Positions 1 to 14,490 of a DNA stretch of 64,000 bases are shown piece by piece. The notes under the pieces were generated by a model, which was not told the origin of the DNA, ran no database searches, and saw only the letters and a program-made list of their open reading frames with translations. The DNA lies in assembly GCF_009914755.1 (NCBI RefSeq), contig NC_060947.1. The stretch is one strand, 5' to 3'. A program made the position numbers and the translations under genes. Each line of letters begins with the position of its first letter. Position 1 is the stretch's first letter. The DNA comes from the human T2T-CHM13v2.0 reference genome, Homo sapiens.

Positions 1-1269
1 GTAGGATCTGGAACATCTGCAATGATATCCTCTATGGTTTAATCACTAGTAAATTAAACAAACCTCCAGACTAGAAGAGTTAATGATTAATCAGTTGAAG
101 AGGTTTGTTATAGTTCAATAAGTTTTGATTTAAGCCCACAGTCATTTATTTGTTGTCTACCATGTATGAGGACCTATCTCAGGCACTGCAGGAAATACAA
201 GCAGGAAAAATATGTGGTTGTTGCCTTCAAACATTCTAATATAATGAAAGTAGCAGCTAACTTCTATTAAGGGTCTGTGCTAAGGGTTTGACATGATATA
301 TTTCTTTTAACCCCCAAAATGTATAGATTTCTCACTATCACCATTTCTTGGGGATAGTAATTGCAGACAAGAAACCTGGAGCTAAAATGTTAAAATATGC
401 AGCCTAAGCCACCTCTCTGGTAAGTGGCCCAGCTGAGATTGGAGCCAGGCAGTCTAAAGCAGGCTGTGATAAATGTTCTCTTAGAGACACACAGTTCCTG
501 GCTATGTGGTTAGGAGAGTTTGCCTGATTGGAGATCCTCTTTCATACCAAGTTTCCTTTTTTGTGCAGTTTCATACCACCTGCACACAAAGGCAGGCCTG
601 GGGAAGTTCCCTGGTGGGTATAGGGCTCCAGGAAATTAGGGTTGGAGGAAGTAGAAGCTCAAGACTCACTCTGCCCAGAGCCCAGTTGGTGGCCAAGACA
701 TGACTGTGAAAAAGGGGAAGGGTGGGGAAAGCTGCATTGGGCACTGCATTCTTAAACTACTTGCTGACTGTGACCCCTGATAAACTCTTTGTAAGCATGG
801 AGAAATCAATGGAGACCAAGAATCTGATGACTCTCTTAAAGCACTCAAATATCTTTAAATGGGACTTAGTCATAATCCCGTGTTTCAGGTAATCCTAGAG
901 AAGAGAAATAATTTCTTCCCCTCTCCAATTTAGTAATTCCACCACTTTCTGTTTGTATGGTTTCGCAGATACTCATCTTCCTTTGAAGCAGACAGAGGAG
1001 ATATGTTTATCTCCTTCTCCACTTGAAGAGAATCTGCTCTTTACACTGGTTAGGTGATTTCTCACAGTCTCATGGCTCCGTAGCAGCTGAATTGGGTTTA
1101 AAATGCAGGTTTCTGGACTCCTGGTCCTGGCATTGAGAAGAGAAGGAGAAAATCAGATTATTTTCCTATCATTTACTTACCATGGGAACTTAGGCATTTT
1201 GAACTTTAATAGTTATTTTTTGGACTCTTACTTTGTGTCTGGCATTTTTTATACATCATGCAAATTGCT

Positions 1270-1600
1270 TATTATAATGAACCTTTAATGAGGTACTATT
1301 ACATCTGTTTTACAGCTGAAGGAACTGAGGCTCAGAAGAAGTTAAATAATTTGCCTGAGTCCACCAAACTAGTAAGGGGTAGAAATGAGATTTGAACCCA
1401 AGTCTGTCTGACACAAAACACAATTGTTTTCACCAAAACATTCTGCTTTGAGTTACTAAATCATTCTGATTTACATTCTCATGTAAAATGGGGGTAATAA
1501 TACTTGCCTCTCAGGCTTGTCATGAGGATTAACTGAGATAATTTGTGTAAAATGACTTTCCCCAAGCCTGGCACATGATAAGTGCTCAATACATGATAAT
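1270..1600. mobile_element. MIR fragments
   Basis: gttttacagctgaaggaactgaggctcaga...ttgcctgagtc; tgtaaaatgggggtaataata...gaggatta. Confidence 0.65.
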
Positions 1601-2417
1601 TCTCTTCCCCAAGACCTAAGGATAGAAAGGAGTGGTTAATGAACTTGAATTAAAACATTCTCAGAATACACCAAATGACACAATAAATTTTAGGTCTCCA
1701 AAACAAACCTTTACAATGGGTTTTCTGTGTCTTTTCTTCTTATATATTCTGAAGATGCTGTCATTTATGTTCCTTGAAGTCTACTCAACGTTGGGCCTTC
1801 CTCTCTCTATCACCAATAATTGTCTTATGATTTGGTAGTTGCTCAACTAGCATTTATTGAATTGAAATGAATGGGCTCTGAGCAATTCAAGGTACACACT
1901 ATTAGTGTTGATGTCTGTGAGAATGTTATAATCCCTATATAGTTAAGTATCTCAAACTGGTTTCAAAATTTGGTTTGATTTAGATAATTTCCAAACCCAC
2001 AAATAAGGCACTTCTTGTAAGCTTCAGGGCTACTGTATATGACTGTCTCAGTTGTCTACTATAGTGGGTGCCTGGCCAAGGACAATAAAGTTAGCCCACA
2101 CTTTGATGATTGAGCCCTTTGCTTATATCTTCATAGGAAGGGTACCATTTTCTAATTTGCACAAAGGCACTGTAGGGGCCAGCAGTCACTCTGTTAGATT
2201 TGCAATTTTTCTGCTTTTGTTTGTTTGTAAATGAAAATGATACTTGAGACAGAAGTAGAAATTCTCCCTTAAGAGAATTTGATCCAACACTTACCCTCTA
2301 TAATGTTACATGTAAATATCCCTTTGGTAATTGCACATATATTTTTTCTGTTGCTGAGTGTTATGCATTTTCTTTCCTTTCATCTATTCAGAGGGAGCAA
2401 TAAGCTATCGCTTTTAA

Positions 2418-2705
<288 letters not shown>

Positions 2706-4822
2706 TAACCTGTGTCTAAGAAACATGTACAGATGTTATACATCTATATAGATGTCCATTACAAATGTCATGGAACAGCTAAAACATGTGTCTACTTTTC
2801 TCTGCTATACTTATTGGATAGAATTGTTTCTTGAAAACTAAGCTTTGCATTGTTCTGTTATTAACATCCTGATATAAAACTTGGGAAAATAGTGTTTTTA
2901 GAAGTGCTGTTTTGGTTCAAGAAGTTCCATCTCTTTTCTTCATGACGACGCCAGCTAATGATTTTTAGGGGGACACTTGGGATTCCATCTTGAGCTGAGT
3001 TGGATAGCTCAAATAAATCACTTATAAGGAGCAAAGGGCCTCTTCAGATACCAGCACATAATACTTTCTATACAGCTTTCCAATTTGAAAAGGAAATTGA
3101 TGAGGTGGTACATAAGGCTACCTTTAGGCATTAGGAGTTTTCTGTTTATGAGGCATAAAGGAGGCTGGACGGCGAGGTTCATACCAACATCCCAATGGCA
3201 TCATGTGGTGGGCAGAAGTGTGGCAAGGGTGACCAAGGAAATACATGGTGAAATACTTTCTTCCTTCTATTGGGAGCTCTGAAGGGTTCCATTTTGTGTA
3301 TTCTCATAACACTGCTCCATAGAGTAAGATGTGGGCCTTGTAATCTTCATATCATTTTCCCCATTGGCAGATGGTATACTTTGTTGGTTATTGTGCTAGC
3401 CATTGGTATAAAACTAGGCAAAAATCAACATTTGTGCAGGGCTTCTGAAGAGGATTATTTTTTTTTCCTTAGGCACAGTATAACATAAAGGCAAATTTTC
3501 CATTCCATTTTCTCCTTTCTTTTTTCCTACTCTCTTAGCATAGGAGCACTCTTACTCTAGACACAGCATACTATATGAAGACGTAGGATCTTTAAGCATC
3601 TTTTCCCATTAATGGAAGCAACCAGACATATCAGTGAATTGGCTCCACTACATGCAGACATCAATAGAAAGGATAAAAAGGGAACTGTATTGCCAATCCT
3701 CTTGTGGGCAGGGGAAGGCACATTTCCTCGATGACAGCTGGAGTCAGAGTACTAGTACCTTAGCAGAAACCTACCTCAAAGAATTTCTAGGTATACTAGC
3801 AGCAATATCCAAATCTGGCTCCATTCAGTGGGGCTCCATGGTAGCACTCAGGAAACAGATAGATGATTTGAGACTGTTTTATATATCTATCCCATTAAAA
3901 CAAAGGCCAACAACAGAACATTGTTTATATTTGGGGCAAATATTCTTCAAGTTTGGCTGAAGATGGAGAGATTCAGGTGCTCTCAATTTCCAACAGTAAG
4001 TTTCCTATAAAAGTAATCTAGTAGAAAGATTATATGTGAGACTATCGGAAGCACTCTCTTATCTTTTCCCCCTTAGAATACATTCCGGAAAGTCATTTTT
4101 TAGATAATATTGCTGTCTAAAATTCTTTGCTAGTTTAGGTATTAAACTAGAAGTCCAATTGGCTGAGTTTCAGGATGGATCTGTTTGACCTCAATGTTTT
4201 TATATGGCCAATAATGCTACAGAGTAATTCCAGTGTTCAGAAACACTGCATGTTCTGACCCAAGAAATAGCTAAAGAAGTCTGAAAAGCTCTAGGTTTGT
4301 CTCCATTCAGCAAGTGCATTGCATACTCCCAGAATTTCTCAGAATATTGGAGAAACAGCCAAACTCTTGCATAAAATTTGTCATCTTGCAAATTTGTCAC
4401 TGTGACTACATAACTAAGAGAAAGCAATCACAGTGTTGCATTAAAAATATTGTGTTGCTGAAATGTTATCCTTTAAAGAAATGTTAATTCTGAAACCAAC
4501 CTTGCTTTGTTATAGGGTTACTGCAACTGTAGTTGCAACACTGAGAGGAAATCCCATTCTTGTGAGGAGTTCCTCTTGGGAAAGTTTTATCTTGTCAGTA
4601 CAGTTCCCCATTGTGACTAAGGAGAATGTTTACTTTTACTGGCTCAAAATTATCTTAGTTTCAGATATTTTCATATATTCCATTGTAGAAGAAATTTATT
4701 TATCTAATGTCAAATATTTAAGCAAGCCTACAAAGATTAACTTGGCTTCTAAAATTTTTCTCCCTCTGAATATTTTGTTATCTATTACCACTTAATGTAT
4801 CTCATTTTCATTTTTGCTCTGA

Positions 4823-5050
<228 letters not shown>

Positions 5051-5157
5051 TAGCTCAATAATCAAATGTTTGAGCCTTTAACTGGGGAAACTACAAGTTA
5101 CCATTTTTGATGTTAAAATGAAGCCAAGTTCTTTCTGGACATCAATCTCCCCCACCC

Positions 5158-5159
<2 letters not shown>

Positions 5160-5205
<46 letters not shown>

Positions 5206-5229
5206 TGTCTGTGTGTCTGTGTGTTTGTG
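5160..5229. repeat. (GT)n microsatellite
   Basis: About 21 perfect GT units plus imperfect tail. Confidence 0.97.
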
Positions 5230-6810
5230 GAGGGGAAGGCGACAGAGGCATTATTTGGTTAGTTAAGAGCAGAAAAGAAAAAGAGGTGAGTTCAAAGGGG
5301 CATAAATTGAGTCTTAAAATTTTCAGATGCCAAAAGAACCAGAGATCTAAGGGTAGGTCTCACTGAGGCTGAGCTAGTTTTTCAGGTTGTCTTTACCACC
5401 TTTTCTGTGCTGTGTATGTAATAATCTAATAGGAAAGTTGAAGTGCCCAAAATTTCAACAAGTTAGTAAATAAGCTGCCTCTCAAATTTGCTCTCCTAAT
5501 TCCAAGTCTAGAGTGGCTTTTCCTGAACTCTAATCTGTTTCTCATCACAAAATAAATAAATATCCAACTAAATAAATGTAAATGGAACTCCTTGTTATAA
5601 TTTCAGGAAACACTAGGAAAGTCTATCTTTATCAAATAAAATTTAATTCAATTCAACTCAGTTCAAAAAGTATTTGCCAAAACCCTACTGTGGGTTATTT
5701 TTGCAAAACACACAAATTCTTCCTGTCCTCCACCCTATCTTTCCTCATTTGCTGTCTATGGTGGGTCATAGTAAAGTTAGTTCAGCTGGCTTTGGAAGTC
5801 TTGAAATATAGGAAACCACAACAGTTCTCCTTTTGTGATATTTATATTGCATTATAAGAACAATCCCACAGATCAGCAAAAACAGTTGCTGCAAAATTTC
5901 CCTTACTAGACTAGAGATGACTGAGTCAGACAAGTATTTTTCTTAAACATACTTTTAAGGAAAACTTGTTTTCCTTTGAAGAAAATAGATATTTGTTTTC
6001 TTCTCATATAAATAAATATGAGAAACAAGATGTTATCCAAAAGTATTCCAATGAGAATGCTGTCCACTTATTTAGTTACATCTCATTTGTGCCTATGATA
6101 GCAAAATTGTAATATGGTAAAAATTTTTTCCACAACACAAAATTGCAACATGGTAAACAATTTTCAACATAATTTTAATTTTCTGTTTTCAAAATGAAGC
6201 TTTACAACTCCTTATTTCAGAACAGAAGGGAAGTTTGTTATAGTTTTTATCATGTAAGATGCATTTAAATCACAAGTTCTGGAAACGTTTGACATTTTTT
6301 TAAAAAAGAATTTTTCACTCTTCCACAACTCCCTGTTCGAGAAAAGCCCAGCAATATCAGTTAACATTAGGAAGCTGCTATTTTATTTCTATTGATTTTT
6401 CTTTCCTTTGATGTCCCTTGGTTTGTCTTTAATTATACATATAAGGTTCTTCTAGAAGTCTTAGGAATCATCAAAGAAACAGTATATTACTTTCTGTATT
6501 GCTCTTCACTGTGTTCTATTTTTTAAAAAAATTATCCAGTCAATAGTTGATGGACATTTGGATTGTTTCCTGTTTTTTGCTATTATGAATAAAGCTGTTA
6601 TAAACGTGTGTACGTAGACAGATGAGGATGGCAATGGGTGGGTAGAAAAGATGGTGTACTCCCCAGGTAGGGAGAAATGTAGAAATAACGCATGGAATCA
6701 GGCAGATTCAAGGTGTGATTCAGGACAAAGATAGACCAACTTAGTTAGTCTTGTTTTGGGGAATGTTGCTACATAACTAGTCAATGGGATCTCCTTCTTC
6801 TGGCCAGCTA

Positions 6811-6887
6811 TTAGGTTGGTGCAAAAGTTATTGCGGTTTTTGCCATTAAAATATGGCAAAACTGCAATAATTTTTGCACCAACCTAA
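6811..6887. mobile_element. MADE1 (Hsmar1 mariner MITE)
   Basis: TIRs ttaggttggtgcaaaa...ttttgcaccaacctaa, TA target duplication at 6809-6810 and 6888-6889. Confidence 0.93.
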
Positions 6888-7449
6888 TACTAAGGCCCTC
6901 TCTCATCCTCTTGGGGGATAGGAAGGCTGAGCAGGAAACATCAGTTTTTGTAAATTTTTTAGCACTTTTTTGACTTCTGAGAGGAAAAAAAAATCACAAT
7001 AGGCTGATTTCTTATGTTGGATTCCCTGGTAAAGACTGAGAAATAACTGCATGCAGAAGGTTTCTAAGGAATTCTATAAGAGATAAACCTGGAAAGGAAG
7101 TAAGAAAGGCAGGAATGGGGAGAGAGAAAAGCTGATCCTCTTTCTAGTTGTAACTGTGGCCTCAGCTGATACTACAGGGAGTGTGGAAATTGAGATGGCC
7201 TCTTGGAGTTAACCTAAGTTAAGGAAAAGGGACTAGGCCTTAGTATCCCTTAATCAGCCCATCATTAGTAATGGGCTACAACTGAGGGCAATTCCCTGTG
7301 ACAGACACATCTGCTGGAGGAACTCCTGTGTTGTCCCTAAAGCAGAGATCTAAGTGGGCCAATTTAGCTCAGTTTTTTATCCATATGGACACTAAAAAGG
7401 CAAGTATTTAGGAAAAATGTCATTTCCAGACATATGTTTTATTCTATAG

Positions 7450-7704
<255 letters not shown>

Positions 7705-8432
7705 TGAGTAAAAAGTACATATTACCAACGTATATGAGTTCAGGAAAAATGGCACTAAATAGCTCCTCTTCCTCCATGTTTTACTAAGTCTCCAACAAAA
7801 CACACAGGTTCTAAGAATATAGGTAGCTATTTCTGTGGTCACCGTTTCATATGTGTAGTGTGTTTATGCATATTTTCATAAATCTTATGTGAAATATGAA
7901 AACCTTGAATCAAATATTAGAAATAAATACTCCCAAATTCCTTTAAATATGTAAGGGTCAAGGCCAAGTTATATTAACTTTCCTAACAAATATAATTGTA
8001 GTGTATCAAAAATATTCTTAAATTTTCATTGGCATAATTTATTTGAGGTTAAATGCCATATATTAGCCCCTTTGCCTCCTTTTCCCTGCATGCCTAACAT
8101 GCTATAAGGCACTTAGTAGGTGCTAAAGAAAGGTTTGAGAGTTTGTTGAATAACTCAATGAATAGATAAATGAAAAGTGGAGACATTAAATCTACAAGAT
8201 GTAATGATGCAGCAAATCCTCACTTCAGGGTGCACCGTATGCAAGAATTTCAAGAGTGGGATGTCCTGGCAAGACATAGGGTGTGTGTGGAGGGGGCGTT
8301 GTTGTGTGTGAAGAGGGGTGGGGAGATTAAAAAAAAAAAAAACTTGTTCTGAGTTACCGAATGTTTTTGGTTAGCCAAATATTTCTCTTTTTACTTCCAA
8401 ACCCAACGTTGGCACTAAGTTTGGTTACTTGA

Positions 8433-8777
<345 letters not shown>

Positions 8778-9881
8778 TAACCATACTCTGCCATGTGAGG
8801 CCTGAGAGTGCTTTCAGGGCTAAGGTTGGCAGAGACCATGGGAAGTGAAGAAAAGCTTCCGGTGGTTCCAGAGAGACAGGCTTTTCTTCAAAAGAATATT
8901 TGTTAAATCTAATGTGCTTCTAGATAAGTAGGCCTATTAGTGAAGGGAATATATTGTATTTGTATAGTGTTGCTGGAAATTCAGAAGAAAGAAAGTTGGG
9001 AAAGTATTCACAGCCCCAACTTAATAGCTGTAATTTTTGTATATTCTCTTCTAATATTTTCCATGTTTACATATTTTTAGAAGGTTGTAAATATTAAGTA
9101 TGTATAATTTCATGTCCTGCTTTTAAAAAAACATTATAGAAAGTGTTTTTCAATGTCTTCACAGGCTTTATAATGATGACTTTAAATGATCTCTTCATGT
9201 TCTATTGAGAGGATATTGAATAATTTTTCTTTCATCTTGTGTTAGATACTGAGATTGATTCAATTTCCAGCCGCGCCCCACCCCCTCCACTCACCCAATA
9301 CTTTTTTTGCAAAGGGAGGAGAGGAGACCTGAAACTCTACTTATGAATATCTCCTCAGGATCAATTCACAGGAGATTTTTTGGTTACCTATAAATTTGGT
9401 TTTATTGTGTAATAAAGGGCATCCTAAATAAACCTCAGGCCATTCTAATAACTGTAAAGATAAACTCTAATAGGGACATTAAGCCTACCTTGACTTTTCA
9501 TTCTCCCTGTACCTCTTTTCCATGTGGAGGAGATGTGCATAGAACCTTATTTTTCCCCTCGGAACTCATGAATGTCTGGCAGTAGCAGCCAGGGAAGAAT
9601 TTCTGTGGCAATCCCTGCTAGTCTAGATTCCATCAGGCTTTCTGAGAAGAGGTTCGAAGGAAGCCAGAGATTCTGGGAGAGTAAGAGCAGACTCAGAGGG
9701 AAATTTGGTGGGCTAATAGTTTTTTCTTAAGTTGTGTATTTCTGAGGTCAAGTTACTTATTTACTGCCCTGCTAGAGTGAAGGCCAGAGCAGGTTCATGT
9801 AAACTACCCTGTGAAATGTCCAGAGCCTTCTGAAAATCTATGTTTCTAGGCATTCTGAGCATCAAGAAAAAGTTTAGGTGA

Positions 9882-10202
<321 letters not shown>

Positions 10203-10416
10203 TAAGTATGTTTAGTGGATTTGGTGATCCGGTCCATTCACTCTCATTTAGTATCGCCACATTATATTTAGACTGCTCAGATTAGAATCAAAGCCAAGGA
10301 GCCTGTGAGGGAATAAAAGCCATCACTTTGACATTATTAGAGCAATTCTCCCACCAGGCACTCTGAAACCAGGTGATTGAGATGATGCACAGGGTTATTT
10401 TGGGGAAAATTTAGCT

Positions 10417-10492
10417 TTCTCTTTCTCTCTGTCTCTCTCTCTGTCTCTCTGTCTCTCTCTCTCTGTCTCTGTGTGTGTGTGTGTGTGTGTGT
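10417..10492. repeat. (CT)n-(GT)n compound microsatellite
   Basis: Directly visible. Confidence 0.95.
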
Positions 10493-10496
10493 AAAA

Positions 10497-10850
10497 CAGA
10501 CACTCCCCAACTTAATAATGGTTCAACTTATGATTTTTCAACTTTACAATGAAGTGAAAGCAATATGCATTCAGTAGAAGCCATACTTCAGTACAAGCCA
10601 TACTTCAGTACTGTATTCAATAAATTACATGTGGTCTTAAACCTTTTATTATAAATAGGGTTCATGTTAGATGATTTTGTGCAATTGTAGGCTAATATAA
10701 GTGTTCTGAGCACATTTAAGGTAGTCTAGACTAAACTAACTATGATGTTTATTAAGTTAGATGTATTAAACCCATTTTAGACTTATGGTATTTTCAATTT
10801 AGTGATGGTTTTATCAGGATATAACACCATTGTAAGCTGAGGAGCATCTG
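10497..10850 (-). mobile_element. MER47A-like Tigger DNA transposon
   Basis: Ends cagacactccccaactta / taagctgaggagcatctg; internal text resembles the MER47A consensus. Confidence 0.75.
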
Positions 10851-11377
10851 TTTATATAACATACATAAGCATATAAAGGATTCTGTATATATATATTTTA
10901 ATATGTATTTATATATGTATCATATATATTTATATGTACTATGTATATATGTATTTATAAAATCATTTAATTTATATGCTTTTGTATGTTTTATAATATA
11001 CTCACTACATTTATAATTATTATGCATATATATTGCCAGGTATTATTCTTATGTATCTAGTCACATAGATTGTCTAATTTTATCATGTCACCAACCCTAT
11101 GAAGTAGCTCTTATTATTTTCCACACTTTACAGATGAAAAAACTCAGACCAGGTTAGGTCATTTTCCTAAGAGCACCCAACAAGTAAGTGACAGAGACAG
11201 AATGTGCCAGAGCCTGTCCTTTCAGCATCTTGCAGTAGTTCATGATTATCATTTATAAATAAATTACTATATATCTAATGAATGTGATATATATGCATGT
11301 ATGTGTGTGTGTATGTGTGTGTACAATGAGAGTGCTCTTTCAAAAATGTTTGGAGACCACTATAATAAAGTAGCCAA

Positions 11378-11535
11378 TAGTTCTCAACTGGGACAATTTT
11401 GCTCTGCTCCTCCCCAAGACACACACCAGAGACAGTTGGCAATGTAAATATCCTACAATTAAAAAGACAGCCCCCCACAACAAAGAATTATACAGTCCCA
11501 AATATCAACAGTGCTGAAATTGACAAACCCTGAAA
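11378..11535. mobile_element. MER20-like hAT fragment
   Basis: tagttctcaactgggacaattttgc...gacagccccccacaacaaagaatta...ttgacaaaccctg. Confidence 0.7.
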
Positions 11536-11677
11536 CAAGGTAATGATTCCTGGAGTGGTAACATCTTTGTAAGTAAGCAAACGTTAATGACTTGGCCTGG
11601 AAGCAGCATAAGCTATCACCATGAGTGAGGAGCTAAGGCAAGAGTCTCTGCATATTTCTGTCCAGTGTCTCAGCTGG

Positions 11678-12035
11678 TGTCTTAGTCCATTTGTGCTGCT
11701 ATAACAAAACACCCAAGACTGGGTAGTTTGTAAAGAACAGAAATTTATTTTCTCAAAGTTCTGGAGGCTGGCAAGTCCAAGATCAAGACACCAACAGGTT
11801 TGGTTGTCTAGCAAAGGCTGCATCTTCTGGGTGGGAGAAATACTGTGTTTTCACATGGTGGAAAGAAAAAGGGAAGGCTCGTCAAATACTGTGTGATGAC
11901 TCTTTTCCAAAGCCCTTAACTCATTCATAAGGGATGATCCTTCATGTCTTAATCACCTTTTTAAGGCTCCACTTCTTAATGCTATCACATAGGCAACATC
12001 TGAATTTTGGAGAGGATACATTCAAACTGTAGCAA
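11678..12035 (-). mobile_element. MaLR LTR (MST/MLT1A type)
   Basis: tgtcttagtccatttgtgctgctataac...ttctggaggctggcaagtccaagatcaag...acattcaaactgtagca. Confidence 0.8.
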
Positions 12036-13139
12036 CTGGGCATACATAGACATTGACTCCACAACCCTGGGAATCTTCCATGTGCACCCTGTCACTGTGA
12101 AGACTGAATTCCCATTTGGGTTTCAACATATTGTTTATCACAGATTCTCCAAGTCTTAAAGGAATCTTGTAGCAAATATAGATTAGGGAAACATAACGAT
12201 AAGAATTGTTGCTCCATAAAAAGTGGTTTCAAAATGCCAGTTCTGCAATTTAAAAACAAAACAAAAATGCTTTGATAAAAATAAAACTCAGGAAAAAAAT
12301 CTATAGTATATAAATTGCTTTACTGTTCTGTTATTTTAAAAGCCATGCACAGGTTTCTTTTTTAAATCAGTTATTTATTTGTATTGAAAAAGTAATTATT
12401 TTGCTTTGCAAAACTGATATCTATAGAATTATTAAATTGGAGTGCCCACCTTTCTTAACCTCCTCTATGACCATCATCCATCTAGTGAATTTCAAATCTG
12501 ATTTGCTTTTTAAAAATAAATTTAATTAACCACTTTTATGAAAAATACCTGTTGCTCAAACTGAAGCCTCCTAGAATGGTAGCAGAAAAACAGTATGTGA
12601 CTATATACACATATGTGCGTGCACACACACACATACACACACACTAGCTTTAGGCTTGATTTGATGTCTTATGCTACCAAAGTATTGCTGCATTTTAGTC
12701 TAAAATTGTTACATCTCTTAGTAATTCTCCCAAAGGAGTGGAAGTATATTAGGGTGGAGAGAAAAAGTCAAACATAGAGCAGAGAGAAAAACAGTGAGAC
12801 ACTATTCATCCATCAATGCCTGACTCAAATACTGCGGCCCTAACCCTTCCCCTATTCTTCCACTTCACCTTCCTTCTTTGTTCTCATTAGGACGCTTGTG
12901 CCTCCTTCATGACACACATCATACCCTGTTCGACATATGGGATTATTTATATTTATACTTCGAAGTCTCCCTTTCTAGACTGTAAATTGCTTGAGAGAGA
13001 TCCAGTTTATTTATCTTTGTTTACCTTTCAGCATCCAGCAGGGTGCCTTGGTTAGAATAGCTTGTGAAGGATGTAAATACATTGTATGTGCTTTTACAGA
13101 ATGTCTCTTTTTTTTCTGAATTCATGTCCTTTCCTGTAG

Positions 13140-13265
<126 letters not shown>

Positions 13266-13809
13266 TAAGGAGTCTGTCACCAAGATGTTTTTGAGGCTTG
13301 CATCTGCCTAAAGCGGCAGCCCCTATACATATCTAAACTTATATATTTTAGAAACTCAAATATGTATATTACTATATAAAGATTGAATTCATGCCCAACA
13401 GAAGATTCCAGATATCTTCAACTTTAAGAAGGATCTTTAAATTATACCAAATTACCTGGAGATTAATTAAAAACAAGTATTTCCAGGTCCCCATCTCAGA
13501 TTTTCTCAACCTGCCTGTCCCAAGTAGGGCCACAGCTTAGTTCTTTTCTTTAGTCACCTAAATTTCATTAGTGTATCTACTTCTTTTAAAGATTCAATAT
13601 AATTTATACATATTGTTAAGAAGACACTGTCCCCACTTTCAGTTCTAAAAGCTTCTGGGTCTAAAATCTTAAGTTGACAGATGTCTCAAGGTGCTTTCTG
13701 CTCTCACTAAAACTTTAGTCATTATAAAACCTTGAGGGGGATCCCTTATCTTGCTAGAACACCTAAGAAACTCAAGAGATCACCATACGTGTACCCTTCA
13801 GACTATTGC

Positions 13810-13957
13810 TTTTTGCACTGTAAGGAGCATACAAAGTGCCTGGGGATCTCTTTAAAATGCAGATACCAATTTAGAAGATTTGAGGTAGGGCCAGGTAATC
13901 TGCATTTTTTAAAAAGCTGACGCCAAGGCTACTGATCAGAAACCACACTTTGAACAG
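13810..13957. mobile_element. MER5A-like hAT fragment
   Basis: ttaaaatgcagat...gggccaggtaatctgcatttt...accacactttga. Confidence 0.6.
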
Positions 13958-14363
13958 GGCTTCAGACTCTAAAATTTAGAGAAATGAAGCCACACTGAGT
14001 GGTTGGCATAGTTAGCTTGTTCCTAATTTCAAGATGCCAGGGGGCACAGAGCCCTGAAGGAAAGTAGCCCACGGACTCATGAATTCACCACCATTTTCTC
14101 TGTGATAGAAGTTTCCAAAAACCTTGGTTGGATTTTACTTTTGCCAGGGAAGTCAACTACCTTTTGAACTATCCAGATGCTCACACAAACAGGCTGAACC
14201 ACACTCCCTCTGAGCAATATGATCCCTTTGCTATTTGTGGAAAAGAAAAAGGAGCAGAGGGGACTCTGCCCTGGGGCCTCAAATTAACGGGAAATTCACC
14301 TACCTGCTTTGTAGACATCTCATCCCAAAGCTTGAAATTGTCTTTTTTTTTCTTTCCCAAAAG

Positions 14364-14490
14364 TACCAGAATAGGAGTTTTCCTCTGTGGACCTGAAGCC
14401 TTGGCTGAAACCCTGAGTAAACAAAGCATCTCCAACTCTGAGTCTGGCCCTCGGGGAGTGCATTTCATTTTCAACAAGGAAAACTTCTAA
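14364..14490 (+). CDS. CYBB: CYBB exon 13, coding part
   Basis: [41 protein letters not shown]; long pyrimidine tract then aaag|; NOX C-terminal ENF, TAA stop. Confidence 0.98.

Noticed and set aside
14128-14363. In-frame extension upstream of CYBB exon 13
   Set aside because: Starts at TTG, crosses the polypyrimidine tract, no NOX similarity; intronic
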